Origin: Octopus sinensis
Lineage: Eukaryota
Direction: 5' to 3'
NCBI RefSeq assembly: GCF_006345805.1
Contig: NC_043003.1
Span: 109,492,001 to 109,556,000, forward strand
DNA length: 64,000 nucleotides
Part shown: positions 24,517 to 36,622 of the stretch, piece after piece
How positions within the stretch are numbered: the stretch's first letter is position 1
Layout of the letters: each line of letters starts with the position of its first letter
Notes under the pieces: model-generated
The model's database searches: none
What the model was told of the DNA's origin: nothing
The model's input: the letters and a program-made list of their open reading frames with translations, nothing else
Program-made: the position numbers and the translations under genes

Positions 24517-24805
24517 AGGCGTGGCTGTGTGGTAAGTAGCTTGCTTCCCAACCACATGGTTCTGGGTTCAGTCCCACTGAGTGGCACCTTGGGCAAGTGT
24601 CTTCTACTATAGCCTCGGGTCAACCAAAGCCTTGTGAGTGGATTTGGAAGATAGAAATTGAAAGATGTCAATTGTGTATGTGTGTGTGTACAACTGAAAA
24701 GAAACCTGTTGTGTATATATATATATATATATATATGCCAGCCCTCAGTCAAAATCGTCCAACCCATGCTAGCATGGAAAACGGACGTTAAATGATGATG
24801 ATGAT
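24517..24805 (+). mobile_element. SINE A 5' half followed by a short RTE tail at its internal (TA)n
   Basis: A head to 24720, then GCCAGCCCTCAGTCAAAATCGTCCAACCCATGCTAGC...GATGATG. Confidence 0.7.
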
Positions 24806-25512
24806 GTTATATACATTCTATAATTATGAGCATAATTATAATTAGGGTTCAGCAGAATATGCTTCAGCACATACCGAAATTTAGAAATAGCAGTTAAAAT
24901 ACTATTCTACTAGCATAAGATATCTCCCGGTTGGATTCATATTAGCTACTGTGATCCGCTATACTAAGCATCAGATATGCTTTGCGCCACGCAGATACAG
25001 CAAACTCTTCCTCAGATCGAAACAAAGTTGCCGCAATGTTTTAAACAGCCTCAGCAGGTGTCTCAGGGTTACAAGGAACATATACTAAGCAAGTTATCTC
25101 CCTTGCCTAAATGGGTGTGAAGCCGGCAAGGTAGGGGAAGCAACTCCTGTACTAAACTCGAAGAAGCGTTAATTGAATGCAAATCTTCGACAAACACTAT
25201 TTAATGTTTTGAGGCGGGATTCTGCGATATTCATGCCTTTCTCAAAGTCACTGAAAATAACTAACAATGTCATTGTTCTGTAGGTGTCGCACATACTAAA
25301 TGTGAAACAAAACAAACGTGGCATTCGCAACAATTCGTTTTGTTTTCGCACTAATTAGCACGTGCGTTTCCTTCCAGTTGTGTCTCTTTTATTATTCCTG
25401 GAAAATTCCGCAGAGTCAGAGGCGAGAGTTCCCAGCAAATCGAACCGCTGAGAGGACTTAGTGTTAAGCCCAGCAGTAACCATTTCGGGCAACTATATAT
25501 ACATATATATAT

Positions 25513-25890
25513 ACAGTGGCTGTGTGGTAAGTAGCTTGCTTACCACACAGCCACTTGGTTTCGGGTTCAGTCCCACTGCGTGGCACACTTGGGCAAGTGT
25601 CTTCTACTACAGCTTCGGGCCGACCAAAGCCTTGTGAGTGGATTTGGTAGACAGAAACTGAAAGAAGCCTGTCGTATATAAATATATATATATGTATGTG
25701 TTTGTCCCCCCAACATCGCTTGACAACTGATGCTTGTGTGTTTACGTCCCCGTAACATAGCGGTTCAGCAAAAAAGAACGATAGCATAAGTACTAGGCAT
25801 ACAAAGAATACGTCCTGGTGTCGATTTGTTTAACTAAAGGCGATGCTCCAGCATGGTCGGAGTCAAACAACTGAAACAAATAAAAGAACA
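25513..25890 (+). mobile_element. SINE family A
   Basis: Full copy. Confidence 0.85.
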
Positions 25891-26794
25891 CACACACACA
25901 CACAAACATATATAGACACACGATCAGCTGTAGACAGCGATCCATGTTGTTGGTGCTTATTTCATAAACCTGAGAACAATAAAGTCGACCTGGAAGGGAT
26001 TCGAACTCGGAAACGACGGGGAATAAACTCGATCTTCTAAAGTATTTGTTTTGAGTAGAAGCGAAAGGATCGAATGGTTTCGATCGCCAAAACTATTACA
26101 TGAGACTCAGTTCAAACCCCCTCTTGGCATTTCGTCGGGTCGGAGCAAAACACGATATCCAATAATTCCTTGGTTCACATAAGTAGGTCCCTCCTTTTGA
26201 GGTACCTACTGATTCCCAAGAGATTTACCTTTTACCAGAATCACAAGGAATACCGGAGTTAAGCATCAATTCTCAAAGCATCTCCACGTGGTTTAGGAGA
26301 CATCAAGACATTTAGTTAAGATTTATACTAATTTGATCGTCCAACAACACGTGCCGGTACTTTAAAAAGTATCAGTTTTATAAGAGAAGATGAATTAAAT
26401 AAGAATATGCGAGGTTCGTACCTTTGTACAGGTAACTAACAACGTAAGTTAAAGTAAAATATGATAAGAATGGAACCGAGACGGTTTTTGCCCTGTCTTC
26501 TCGATGCCTAAATATAAACTTCTTTGGAGAGACTATAAGGAAGTTATACAGGACAGGTATCGTCATTTTATAAAGTTCATTTCGTAAGATTTACAAGCCT
26601 GAGTGACAGATAATCTTAAAGTAAATCGAAACTAAGTCGGGAGGTAGAAATCCGCGATGGTGTTTACGCAAGAAAGTGAAGTAGACAGGAGATAAGAATT
26701 TAAAGAAGTTGAATGGAAAATCACCGCTTCACGAATCCACATCGTCACTGAACATCAATCGAATCAACATGATCTTACTGATTAGGCCTCTTAC

Positions 26795-26870
26795 CTTGCA
26801 GAGCGAAGTGCATTCCCCCGATTCCGCTATACAACTCCAACACGCGAAATGTGTTGTTGTTCATGGCCAT
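26795..26870 (-). CDS. TRDMT1: DNMT2 coding exon 1
   Basis: AAAATGG start context. MAMNNNTFRVLELYSGIGGMHFALQ contains the DNMT2 motif I signature LELYSGIGG. Donor AAG|GTAAGA at 26794; 76 nt, phase 1, matching exon 2. Confidence 0.95.
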
Positions 26871-26959
26871 TTTAAAAGCAAGCCGGTGTCATTGGAAAAC
26901 AATACCCTGAGTAACTTTTGTTCCATTTCTCATTTGGATTTTGTTGAATGAGACGTGCA

Positions 26960-27185
26960 AGAGGAAATAGCTAAGAAAACACCACTGAAAACAGCGATGA
27001 TGATAATTTTTAAATGAGGCACTAGGCCAGCATTTCTGGGGGAAGCGGGTTTGTCGATAACATTGATTTTAGTAATTGATTGGCTCTTTATTTTATCGAT
27101 CTCGAAGAGATAAATGATTGAATTTGAACTCAGAACGTTAAGTATCCGAAGAAATACGACAATGCATTTTATTCGACACTCTAAC
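26960..27185 (-). mobile_element. SINE family B variant, diverged, just upstream of DNMT2
   Basis: TTGAACTCAGAACGT...GAAATACG...CATTT core and AAATGAGGCACTAGGCC tail. Confidence 0.55.
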
Positions 27186-27485
27186 AGTTCTGTCAATTTA
27201 CAGTCTTGATAACTTTTTCTCTGCCACAAGGGCTAAAGAATTAGGTGGGGGGGGGTAGATAAAAAGAGAAGATTCTATATACGGGAAGATTTGCATAAAG
27301 GGAATAAAAAAAGGATAACATAAACAAGAGACAATAAGAATGTTTCAATAAATAAAAATCCTAAAAAAAGAACAACAACAAAAAACAGCTACGATGGTCA
27401 ATGAAAGGAGCTATCTTCCAACAAAACAATAATAAAAAAAAACGATCCCCTCAAACAGAGAGGGAAAATGCCCTTACTCGTTTAA

Positions 27486-28900
27486 CTTCTGCCGACCTGC
27501 AAGCACATATTTAAGCAGTTCCGCATATTCGTGCTCCCTTAACCACGCTCACTCACCTCTCAATAAGTCTACGGGGTGGTGGTGGTGGTGGTGGTGGTGG
27601 GGCTTCTCCCTCCGCTCACTCACCCTTCTTGTTAAGCGAAACTTGAAAAAGCTGATGAAAGCTCTCAGAGGAAAAGTGTCCGTCCTCATTCCTTTCAGTC
27701 TCGTCCTCCACATAACCTGTTTCCCCATAGCTTCCAGGAAGAGAAAGTACCTGCCTTTCAGAGTCAAAAGAAGGCGGCGGGCGATCCTCTGCACGGACTT
27801 GGACGATAGTCGAATCTGACCAACATGCGATGGCAACTATTCGACCTACCTCCCCAGTTCAGTGATGCCTGGATACTGGTACTGGACGAGGGCATTTCAT
27901 TGTTCCGATGTTCCGACAAGTCCGACTGACGGCACTTTGGGATAGACCCGCGATTATAGAGTTTTGTCTCGTTCAGGCAAAAACTCCATCTCCTCCCTGA
28001 GCACTGCCAGGGCAACCGTTTCTTGATGTTATTCATAGTTCCCGTCTGTTAACCCAAATAATACCCTAGATAGATACGATTTGGATGTCCCGGTGCAATT
28101 GGTCCTTGTTCACACTTGTATATTTGGAGTGAACAGTCGGTATATGTTAGGCTGTTGGAATTGTTTGGGTTAATTTTCGAGTTTTTACGTCCCACTTTTC
28201 TACTTGATAGGCCCTCACAATTCTGAACGTGCGTCTAAAGTGACATTTAGGTCTTGCACAGTACTAAAGAACTAAATGTTCCCCCAAAAGCTTCGAGACG
28301 TCTAGAGAAATCCGTCTACCCTGTGCGTTTCGGAACATAGCCACTGCTTCAAAGTACTACTTTCGCAGCAGCCCACTTCCCGGACCACCGACTTACCATT
28401 CAGGTTCAGAAAGATCGGTCGTACTTTCAGGTCTGAAACACTCCGAAACATCTACCATTCGGCATCCTGATCCAAGACCAGTATACCTCGTAGCCATCGA
28501 GGATGGGTGCGACTGATGCGACACAGAAATCCTTGTGGTATTACATTCATGGCCAAAAGATTGGAACATTAAAAATGATAGAAATTAAAATTGTTATGCC
28601 CGAGTACAATTCGATTCAAATATATACAACGTAGAGATATACTTACTTGATAATTTTCAGACCTATGTCCCAAATTGGCCAAGGAATAATATATTGCAAA
28701 GTAAATATAATTTCGGGCATTTAATATAAAAACCCCAGTTTTCAGACCTATGTTCGAAACTTTTGGTCACGACTGTATCTCCAGTGATTTTGGATATTGC
28801 TTTCAAGGTGGTCCCAGGTTAGGTACATTTATTATATTTTCCTACTCTTTGTATCGTAATACCGATAAAAAAAAACTGCAGGGTGGGCGGGGTGAAAAAG
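27486..28900 (-). mobile_element. Decayed L1/Tx1-like LINE fragment (ORF1 and start of endonuclease)
   Basis: Minus-strand remnants: a degenerate zinc-knuckle-like segment near 28080-28130 and FCLNETKL (APE motif) near 27970. Many disablements. Confidence 0.5.
28542..28777. mobile_element. Tc1-type MITE
   Basis: TA-flanked TIRs CATTCATGGCCAAAAGATTGGAACA and TGTTCGAAACTTTTGGTCACGACTG. Confidence 0.75.
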
Positions 28901-29049
28901 ATTACATAACTTAAACGTGGGGAAAGACAGGCGATCCGGTTTTCCCAGCAGTTGACTCGTGTTCCTTGAAAAACTTGTCCAAAAATCTTTTGTCAGCTCT
29001 GTTCTTGAAGGGATTCAAACTTTACTTTCCATTAAAGATATTTCTTTAG

Positions 29050-29270
29050 GAGGCCGCGAGCTGGCAGAACCGTTAGCACGTCGGGCGAAATGCGTAGTCG
29101 TATTTTGTCTGACGTTACGTTCTGAGTTCAAATTCTGCATAGGTCGACTTTACCTTTCTCCTTTCGGGGTCGATTCAGTAAGTACCAGTTACGTACTGAG
29201 GTCAATGTAATCGACTTAATTCGTTTGTCTGTCCTTGTTTAGCCCCTTGTGGGTAGTAAAGAAACAGATA
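29050..29270 (+). mobile_element. SINE family B
   Basis: Head-to-tail copy with a small internal deletion. Confidence 0.85.
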
Positions 29271-29390
29271 TTTCTTTAGAAAATATTTCTCATAATTGTT
29301 TGCGGATGATTTTCATTTTTTTTACGAGGTGATAGACTGTGGACAAGTATCTCGAACTTTTGTCTCTTTCTAGTTATTATATCTCCGTTG

Positions 29391-29613
29391 TACGAGGGGG
29401 TGCCGAAAAGTTTCTGGCTTTAAGGGTTTCGCGAAATGCCTGGTTGGAGGCCCAATCTCCCGAAATCTTTTCCTGGGCTTAGAAGTACTGAAGGACCGTA
29501 ACAATAAATGTGTGAATCTGAGACGGGGGAATATGTTGAATAAAATCATATTTAACTGATATTCCTGCATTTTCTTTTACCAAAAGCCAGGAACTTTTCA
29601 GCACACCTTCGTA
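29391..29613. mobile_element. Mariner-type MITE
   Basis: TA-flanked TIRs CGAGGGGGTGCCGAAAAGTTTCTGGCTT and AAGCCAGGAACTTTTCAGCACACCTTCG. Confidence 0.8.
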
Positions 29614-29879
29614 AATATTTATATCGCGGGGAACTGATGAAGGATAGTTATGGCGTGATTAACTTTTGGGCTTGTTGTTGGAATTTACTCGTTTTTCTTA
29701 GTCTTTTACTAGTTTCAGTTCGTGAGATGAGGCCATGCTGGGGCACCACCGTTGTTGTTTCATTTTCTTCGGCTGTCGATGCTTTCGAATGTTTTCCTGT
29801 TGTTGTTGATGAAAAGAAAAACCAATCTCGCCAGGATTTGAACTTAGAGCACAAAAACTCAGAATAAATCTGCCGCTCA

Positions 29880-30097
29880 GACGACTCTGCCATTTTGCCG
29901 CACAGGGCCAGCAATTTTGGGGGATGGGATTAGTCGATTACATCGACTCCAGTGCTCAACTGGTACTTATTTTATAGATCCCGAATGGATGAAAGGCAAA
30001 GTCGATCGCGGTGGAATTTGAACTCAGAACGTATCGGCTGCCGAAATACGGCTACGCATTTCGCCCGGCGTGCTAACGTTTCTGCCAGCTCGCTGCC
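29880..30097 (-). mobile_element. SINE family B, tail variant 2
   Basis: Reverse-complement head ends GCCAGCTCGCTGCC. Confidence 0.8.
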
Positions 30098-30439
30098 TTT
30101 CAGGTTTCTGACCCTCTTTAAGTTTTATGTTTCTCTTTTACGATTGACTTCTGTTGCATGTTTTTTCACGTGTATCTGAGATTTTTGAAGCAAATGATAA
30201 GAAAGAGGTATTCGCACGTATGTGCATTGCGCAGAGTGGGGCAAAGTAGCACATTGTGTTACTGTGTCGTTGTGTTGTTGTTGGTAGTTTTACGGCTGCT
30301 GTGGTTGCAATTTTCGTTGCTGCTGCTGTTTTTATACTGTTAATTTTGTTACTGCTATTGTTGCTGTTTTTGCTATTACAGCTGCCGTTGCTGGTACTGC
30401 TGCTGTCATTGCACATTGCTGCTGCTGTTGCTGTTGAGC

Positions 30440-30793
30440 GAACGGTCTTCGTCCCAGAGCTCGCAAGATGGGAGAGGTCCGAAACGTGGTCCTTTGCTAT
30501 TCGTAAGACCCGCAGAAGAGAAAGCAGGTCAACCCCCGACACCGAGAGCGTCGACGGATGGATGAATGAATGCTCAGCGGTTGCGTAGGAAGTCGGGAAC
30601 AAGAAACAGGAAGAAAGAGTGAGAGAAAGTTGGGGCGATAGAGTACAACAGGGGTCGCCACCACCCCCAGCCGGAGCCTCGTGGAGCTTTAGGTGTTTTC
30701 GCTCAATAAACACTCACAACGCCCGGTCTGGGAATCGAAACCGCGATACTCCGACCGCGAGTCTGCTGCCCTAACCACTGGGCCACTGCGTCT
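30440..30793 (-). mobile_element. SINE family E (tRNA-Arg-like head)
   Basis: Reverse complement of the copy at 36623-36995. Confidence 0.85.
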
Positions 30794-30849
30794 CCACTGC
30801 TGCTGCTGCTGCTGTTTGTGTTTGTGGTGTCAGCAGCAGTTGGAGTTTT

Positions 30850-31065
30850 CTTTCTTTATACCATCCATAGTTCACCGAAGGCCCTCAGGTGGTTTGCAGC
30901 ATTACAGATGTGGCATCTTGGTCTTCTTCCCTCTTTCACCACAGAATTTCAACTCTTTGAAATCTCGCTGTTCATGTTTTTTTCCCTGCATCTGTTGACT
31001 TGCAGCAGTTTAAACAGAACATTAACGGTGTCTCCTTCGCCGATCTTGGAGGACCTGCAAAGGTC
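30850..31065 (+). mobile_element. CR1/L2-group LINE 3' coding end
   Basis: FPASVDLQQFKQNIN resembles the WN.LP..FP...DL..FK..IN C-terminus of CR1-group ORF2. Confidence 0.5.
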
Positions 31066-31520
31066 TTGAGCACTGTCTTTTACTCCAGACGCAGCAAAAC
31101 AGAAAAGAAGAAAAGTCAGTCTAATCAGAAATGATTTCGAGCCTCTCCTGGTCCGTTTGGACCAAGAGCTTCGTATTTGTTCCTAATAAGTGACCACTAC
31201 ACATCTAGTAGTCTGGACTTCTCTTCGATGTCGACCAAGACGAAGCCGACGTGTGGCAAAGTAAACTTTGGTGAATGTACCTCTCGCCAGGAATAAGAAT
31301 CTGCAGGCAACTGGCAGTCAGCTTTAGAATATGTAGATTAAATTTCTCATAGAAAAGGAAGAGTTGTGGAATGCTATTACGCCTCATTTTCAAAAAGGAA
31401 CGTGAAATCGGTCGTTCCATGACAGCTTTTACATGTAATGAAGGCAATTTTTTTTTTTTGTTTCATATGAATTTCACTGGTGGTTTTACTCGATATCTTG
31501 TTGCTGTTTTTGTTGTTTGA

Positions 31521-31920
31521 TAGGCGCAGGAGTGGCTGTGTGGTACGTAGCTTGCTAACCAACCACATGGTTCCGGGTTCAGACCCACTGCGTGGCATCT
31601 TGGGTAAGTGTCTTCTGCTGTAGCCTCGGGCCGACCAAAGCCTTGTGAGTGGATTTGGTAGTCGGAAACTGAAAGAAGCCCGTCGTATATTTGTATATAT
31701 ATATGTATATGTATGTTTGTGTCTGTGTTTGTCCCCCTAGCATTGCTTGACAACCGATGTTGGTGTGTTTACGTCCCCGTCACTTAGCGGTTCGGCAAAA
31801 AGAAACCGATAGAATAAGTACTGGGCTTACAAAGAATAAGTCCAGGGGTCGACTAAAGGTGGTGCTCCAGCATGGCCGCAGTCCAATGACTGAAACAAGT
31901 AAAAGAGAGAGTAAAGAGAG
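31521..31920 (+). mobile_element. SINE family A, young full-length copy
   Basis: Near consensus with a TAAAAGAG-type tail. Confidence 0.9.
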
Positions 31921-32065
31921 TATGTGTTATTGAAATTGAGAAGAACCGAAATTAAAATTATAACTTGAATAAGAATTCAATAAAATTATTTTGATTATAT
32001 TTTTACAATTATTTTAAAACTGAATTTCAATTTCCCCTTAACCGTAATTCATAAAAAACCCCAAT

Positions 32066-32090
32066 ATATCTATCTATCTATCTATCTATC

Positions 32091-32145
<55 letters not shown>

Positions 32146-32229
32146 GTCTGTCTGTCTGTCTGTCTATCTATCCATCTATCTATCTATCTATCTATCCATC
32201 TATCTATCTACCCATCTATCTATCTATCC

Positions 32230-32276
<47 letters not shown>

Positions 32277-32310
32277 CATCTATCTATCTATCCTTCTATC
32301 TATCTATCTT

Positions 32311-32364
<54 letters not shown>

Positions 32365-32374
32365 CATCTATCTA

Positions 32375-32430
<56 letters not shown>

Positions 32431-32470
32431 GTCTATCTGTCTATCTGTCTGTCTGTCTGTCTGTCTATAT
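32066..32470. repeat. (ATCT)n/(GTCT)n tetranucleotide array
   Basis: Directly visible, about 400 bp. Confidence 0.95.
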
Positions 32471-33220
32471 CTATATAACAACGCACGCACACACTCACAC
32501 ACACATATTCACATATGTATTTGTATGTAAGTGTACGTATATATCTATGTGTGTACGTCTTTGTACTTGTGTTTGTCCCCCCCCCCACCACCACTGCTTG
32601 ACAACCGATGTTGGTTTATAGATGTTCTCGTAACTTAGCAATTCGGCAAAACGCAAACGATAGAATTAATACCAGGCTTAGAAAAAGAACAAAAAAACCC
32701 CGCTGGGGTCAATTTGTTCGAATAAACTCTTCTCTTCAAGACGGTGCTCCATCATGGCCGAAATCTAATGACTAAAACAAGCAGATTATAAAGGATGAAA
32801 GATATATCCAATGCCTGTGCGATAGGGGTTCAAATAGTACCTCAGCTACAGAGCCCGAAGATCCAAGAAGTTGTGTATGTGTGTGTGTGTGCGTGTGTGT
32901 GTGTGTGTGCGTGTGTGTGTGTGTGTGTTGAAGAATAACAAGCTGAAAATAAAATTCTTGAATTGAAATTTCAGTAATTGTGTTGAATTTTTATTTCTTT
33001 TATTGGTTTTATTGTCTTTTCAGTGTCTGAATTGCGACCAAGCTGGGGCAACACTTTCAAAGGTTTTAGCTTGTTATATCAATCGCAGCACTTAGTCTAG
33101 TCTGGTACTCATCTAATTAGTCGCTGGATATCGAATGGATGAGTTTACCTTGAGATACACGCTTTTAGAGAGTACCCCAATGTAGAGCAACTTACACATG
33201 CAGACACACACACGCACACA

Positions 33221-33275
<55 letters not shown>

Positions 33276-33660
33276 TTCTGCTTACTGTATTTTACTCATC
33301 AGATATTGACAAATCCAAGACTATCATAGAAATACTTACTCAAGTTACCTTATAGCAGGACTGAACCTAAAACCCAATGGTTCAGAAGCAACTTTTTTTT
33401 TATCAATCATACAGCCATGCTTTGATTCAAGTAGCATGTCAAATTTCCTCATAATACTCTGCTAGATCCCTCGTGACTAACGTCGCAAATCTTCTGCAGG
33501 CGGCGTGCGAAACTTCGGCGTTGAAGCAGCGCAAATAAAACGCCCGAACATTTTTCTTGCTTTTGATGTTTAAATTATTGATATAACTCGGCATATTTTG
33601 GTTGGTTCTGGCGACCGTTGTGTTCAAAGCGAAGAAACCAGAACTATAAGTGCACAAAGA

Positions 33661-34561
33661 ATGTCGTCTTCGGAAAAGACTCATTTCTCAATGTGCAAAG
33701 AATCTCCACTACAGACAAGTTCATCAAATACAGACTTGTCTAGTTTTGCTGCCTCTTTTGTAGAACATATTTTAGATAAAATTGTGTTAAAATCTACGAA
33801 CATCCAGTCTTCTTCTGAATTACAATTAAATACGATCGATCAATCGAGTGAAGATTCTCTTGATGATAAAATTTGTCAGGTAAGTGATGAGAACTCTTCA
33901 GACGCTGAGACTGAAAACAGCTACGAAGAAATGGATAGATGTTTAAAGTATGATTTCCCTTACGTCCTAAACTCTGGCAATCACCGACATGAGTCCATGT
34001 TTAGGTCGCCTTCTTTTCAAAGTGCACCAATATTAGACGAAGACATTTCAACATACAATCCAATACAGAACCATAAATTTTCTTTTGAAAGAAGCAAAAA
34101 AGAATGTAATTCAGAGAATTCTGATAAATCTTCTACACAAGTTAGTCATCAACTACATCAAAACCCGTTCATATTGCTGGGTGGCCATCTAAAGCGGAAA
34201 CAGATTAGTGTGGCTCCGTCTTTCTTGCGGTCTCACTCAGAATCCTCGTACCTTCACGAAGTTTTCTATCGGAGACCTAATTCATTACTCAAATCCGATT
34301 ATATAGACAGTTGTACATACGAGAAAGATCGCAATAAATTCCTGTTGGAGGTGGAAAATCTGTGCCGGAAGAAAGAGACAGACGTACATCATCGGATCAT
34401 GACGGAAATCGTGGAAGCATCTTTATCATCGGACGTTCCAGATTCCAACGAGCAGAACTCAGTAGACAACACCAAAGAACGACAGAACAAAATCGAAGGA
34501 ATTTCTACTTTTCTCTGCAAGGAATTGAAGGAACATTATAGAATGATGAAATGTACTGCTG
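33661..34561 (+). CDS. Uncharacterised protein, coding exon 1 (Ser-rich, largely low-order N-terminus)
   Basis: Longest non-repetitive ORF in the window. ATG in AGAATGT context. Donor G|GTTCGT at 34562 in phase 1 matches the next exon. Start site inferred. Confidence 0.75.
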
Positions 34562-34586
34562 GTTCGTTATCGGAATTTTTCGATGG

Positions 34587-34742
34587 CATCATCATCACCA
34601 TCAATGTCATCATCATCCTCCTCCTCCTCATCATCATCATCGTCGTCATCGTCGTCGTATTATCACCCTCGTCGCTGTCATCGTCTCTGTTGCTATCATC
34701 TTCGTTGTAATCATCGTCATTGTCAACCTCAATATCAATACT

Positions 34743-34773
<31 letters not shown>

Positions 34774-35125
34774 TCGCCGTCTTTGTGTCATCGTCGTCAT
34801 CGTCGTCCTTTGAACTCAGAACGTAAAAGATGAACGAAATGTCGCTAAGCATTTTGCTCGACGTGTTAACGACTCTGCCAGCACACCGCCTTACCACCAT
34901 CTTACCACCACCACCACCACCACCACCACCATCACCACCACCACTTCCACCCCCACTTCCACCCTACCTCACACCACTACCACAACACACACACCACCAC
35001 CACAACCACCACTACCACAACACACACACCACCACCCCACCACCACAACGACCGCTACCGTCAACATCATGATGACGTCTTCGTCATCATCGTCGTCATC
35101 ATCATCATCATAATCATCATCATTC
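34587..35125. repeat. Compound (ATC)n/(GTC)n/(ACC)n microsatellite with a SINE B head fragment (34810-34892, minus)
   Basis: Directly visible. Confidence 0.9.
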
Positions 35126-35282
35126 ACAAAACTGGTAATATACTTATTAAAAGAAGAATAAGAATATATGATAAAACAAAATAAATAAATGTCAACATTT
35201 TGTTTTATTATTATTATTATTATTTTTTCGAGTTTTTTTTTGGCAATAAAATAAAACAATTTGATTTCAATACTTGCTACAG

Positions 35283-35401
35283 CCACCGGTTATCAAATCG
35301 GTTACGACACGGCCACAATTCACTCGAAAGCTTTGATTGATGAACTCCGGACAAAAGAATTCATGCTTGATTATTTCCGAAGAGAGAATCACAGAATGAC
35401 G
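35283..35401 (+). CDS. Uncharacterised protein, exon 2
   Basis: Acceptor TTGCTACAG, donor G|GTGAGT; phase 1 to 0. Encodes (A)TGYQIGYDTATIHSKALIDELRTKEFMLDYFRRENHRMT. Confidence 0.8.
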
Positions 35402-35544
35402 GTGAGTATGACTCAGCTTCAATTCCAAGAAGAAATAAAAATGAGGAAATGGTAAAAATACTGGGGTAGAAGCATGGCTTCATCGGTCTGCGTTCGGTTA
35501 CACTGTGCAGCTACTCGGGCATATATATATATATATATATATAT

Positions 35545-35695
35545 ACATACCGGAGTAAACACATAAATGTGAAACAAGGTGGAAAAAAGAGTACTCAAAT
35601 ACCAGAGGTAGAGTAATATATTTTATTTAAAAGTAGCAGAAATTCAACAAAACCTGTTACTCGGAGTTTCATGTTCCCGTTCGTCGGACAGCTTT
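35545..35695 (-). mobile_element. Penelope-like 3' tail fragment with a degenerate hammerhead-like motif
   Basis: Minus strand CTGT-CCGACGA-ACGGGAACAT-GAAACT ccg AGTA-ACAG followed by an AT-rich tail, set in (TA)n. Confidence 0.4.
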
Positions 35696-36622
35696 ATATA
35701 TATACAGATAAACTGGCTCTCCGTCGCTTACGGCGATGGGGATTCCAGTCCGAAGCACTATCTTAGTGACTGACAAGGGAGGCAAGCTCCCTACGGCAGC
35801 AGATAAAGCCAGATGATTCCGTATTTTGATGCTCACGCATCTTAATGCTCATCGGTGACTCCCATCGCGCCTAGGGCTAAACTCAGCTCGCCTTGTCAGT
35901 TTATAAGATTTCCGTTGGAATCACACCACCACCATCACTACCACCATTGCCGCTACTGCCACCACCATCATCATCATCATCATGACCTCTCCGTTGCCTT
36001 CGTCGATGCTGAGCTAATGTCCAACTGAATTTACGGTCCTGGAAAAAAGAAAAGTTATCAAAACCGACCACCTGAGTAACCCCCTCTCAATAATCCTGCA
36101 GATACTCAGAGTACGTGTACTTAGAAGGGCACTTATCCCTCCTTTTCTCTTGCTTCTGTCCTTGAATCCCCCGAAGAGACAATATCCTCATCGTGTTTAG
36201 CTCTCTAACCATTCCGATGGTATATACTTTGTAGGAATGTCTAATTGAAAAAGAACGTGAATGGTCGAAGCTAAAGAACAGGCTGTATTCTGAGATTTCT
36301 AAATTAAGGAAAGACATGGTTTCGTCTATCAACAAGCAAATGCATGGTAAGTCATTAAGTGGCATTTATATGTTATTGTAGGATGTGAGTTGTGTGTTAG
36401 CAATTAAGTTACATGTAATTATATGAAATTGGATGACGGTGTGAGTGTGTGTGTGTGTGTGTATGTGTGTGTGTGTGTGTGTGTGTGCACCACATTTGTT
36501 CATCCAGTTGATTTGGTCAAATTATGTTGGCACCATTCTCATTATTAAGTAGTAAAAGTATCACCATCGTTACCATCATGCATCACGTCAGCGTCCTTGT
36601 CACCTGCAGCAACAGCATCAGC

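Noticed and set aside
26200-26790. Initial impression of a decayed RTE reverse-transcriptase fragment
   Set aside because: The supposed motif overlapped what is DNMT2 exon 1 in another frame; no convincing RT motifs remain.
34562-34710. Hydrophobic transmembrane-like C-terminus of ORF 33598-34710 (IIITINVIIILLLLIIII...)
   Set aside because: It is translated (ATC)n/(GTC)n microsatellite downstream of a phase-compatible splice donor at 34562, so it is intronic.
36087-36365. MRILSLRGI as a LINE endonuclease N-terminus
   Set aside because: The second copy at 37190-37370 does not keep the frame and no later APE motifs follow.
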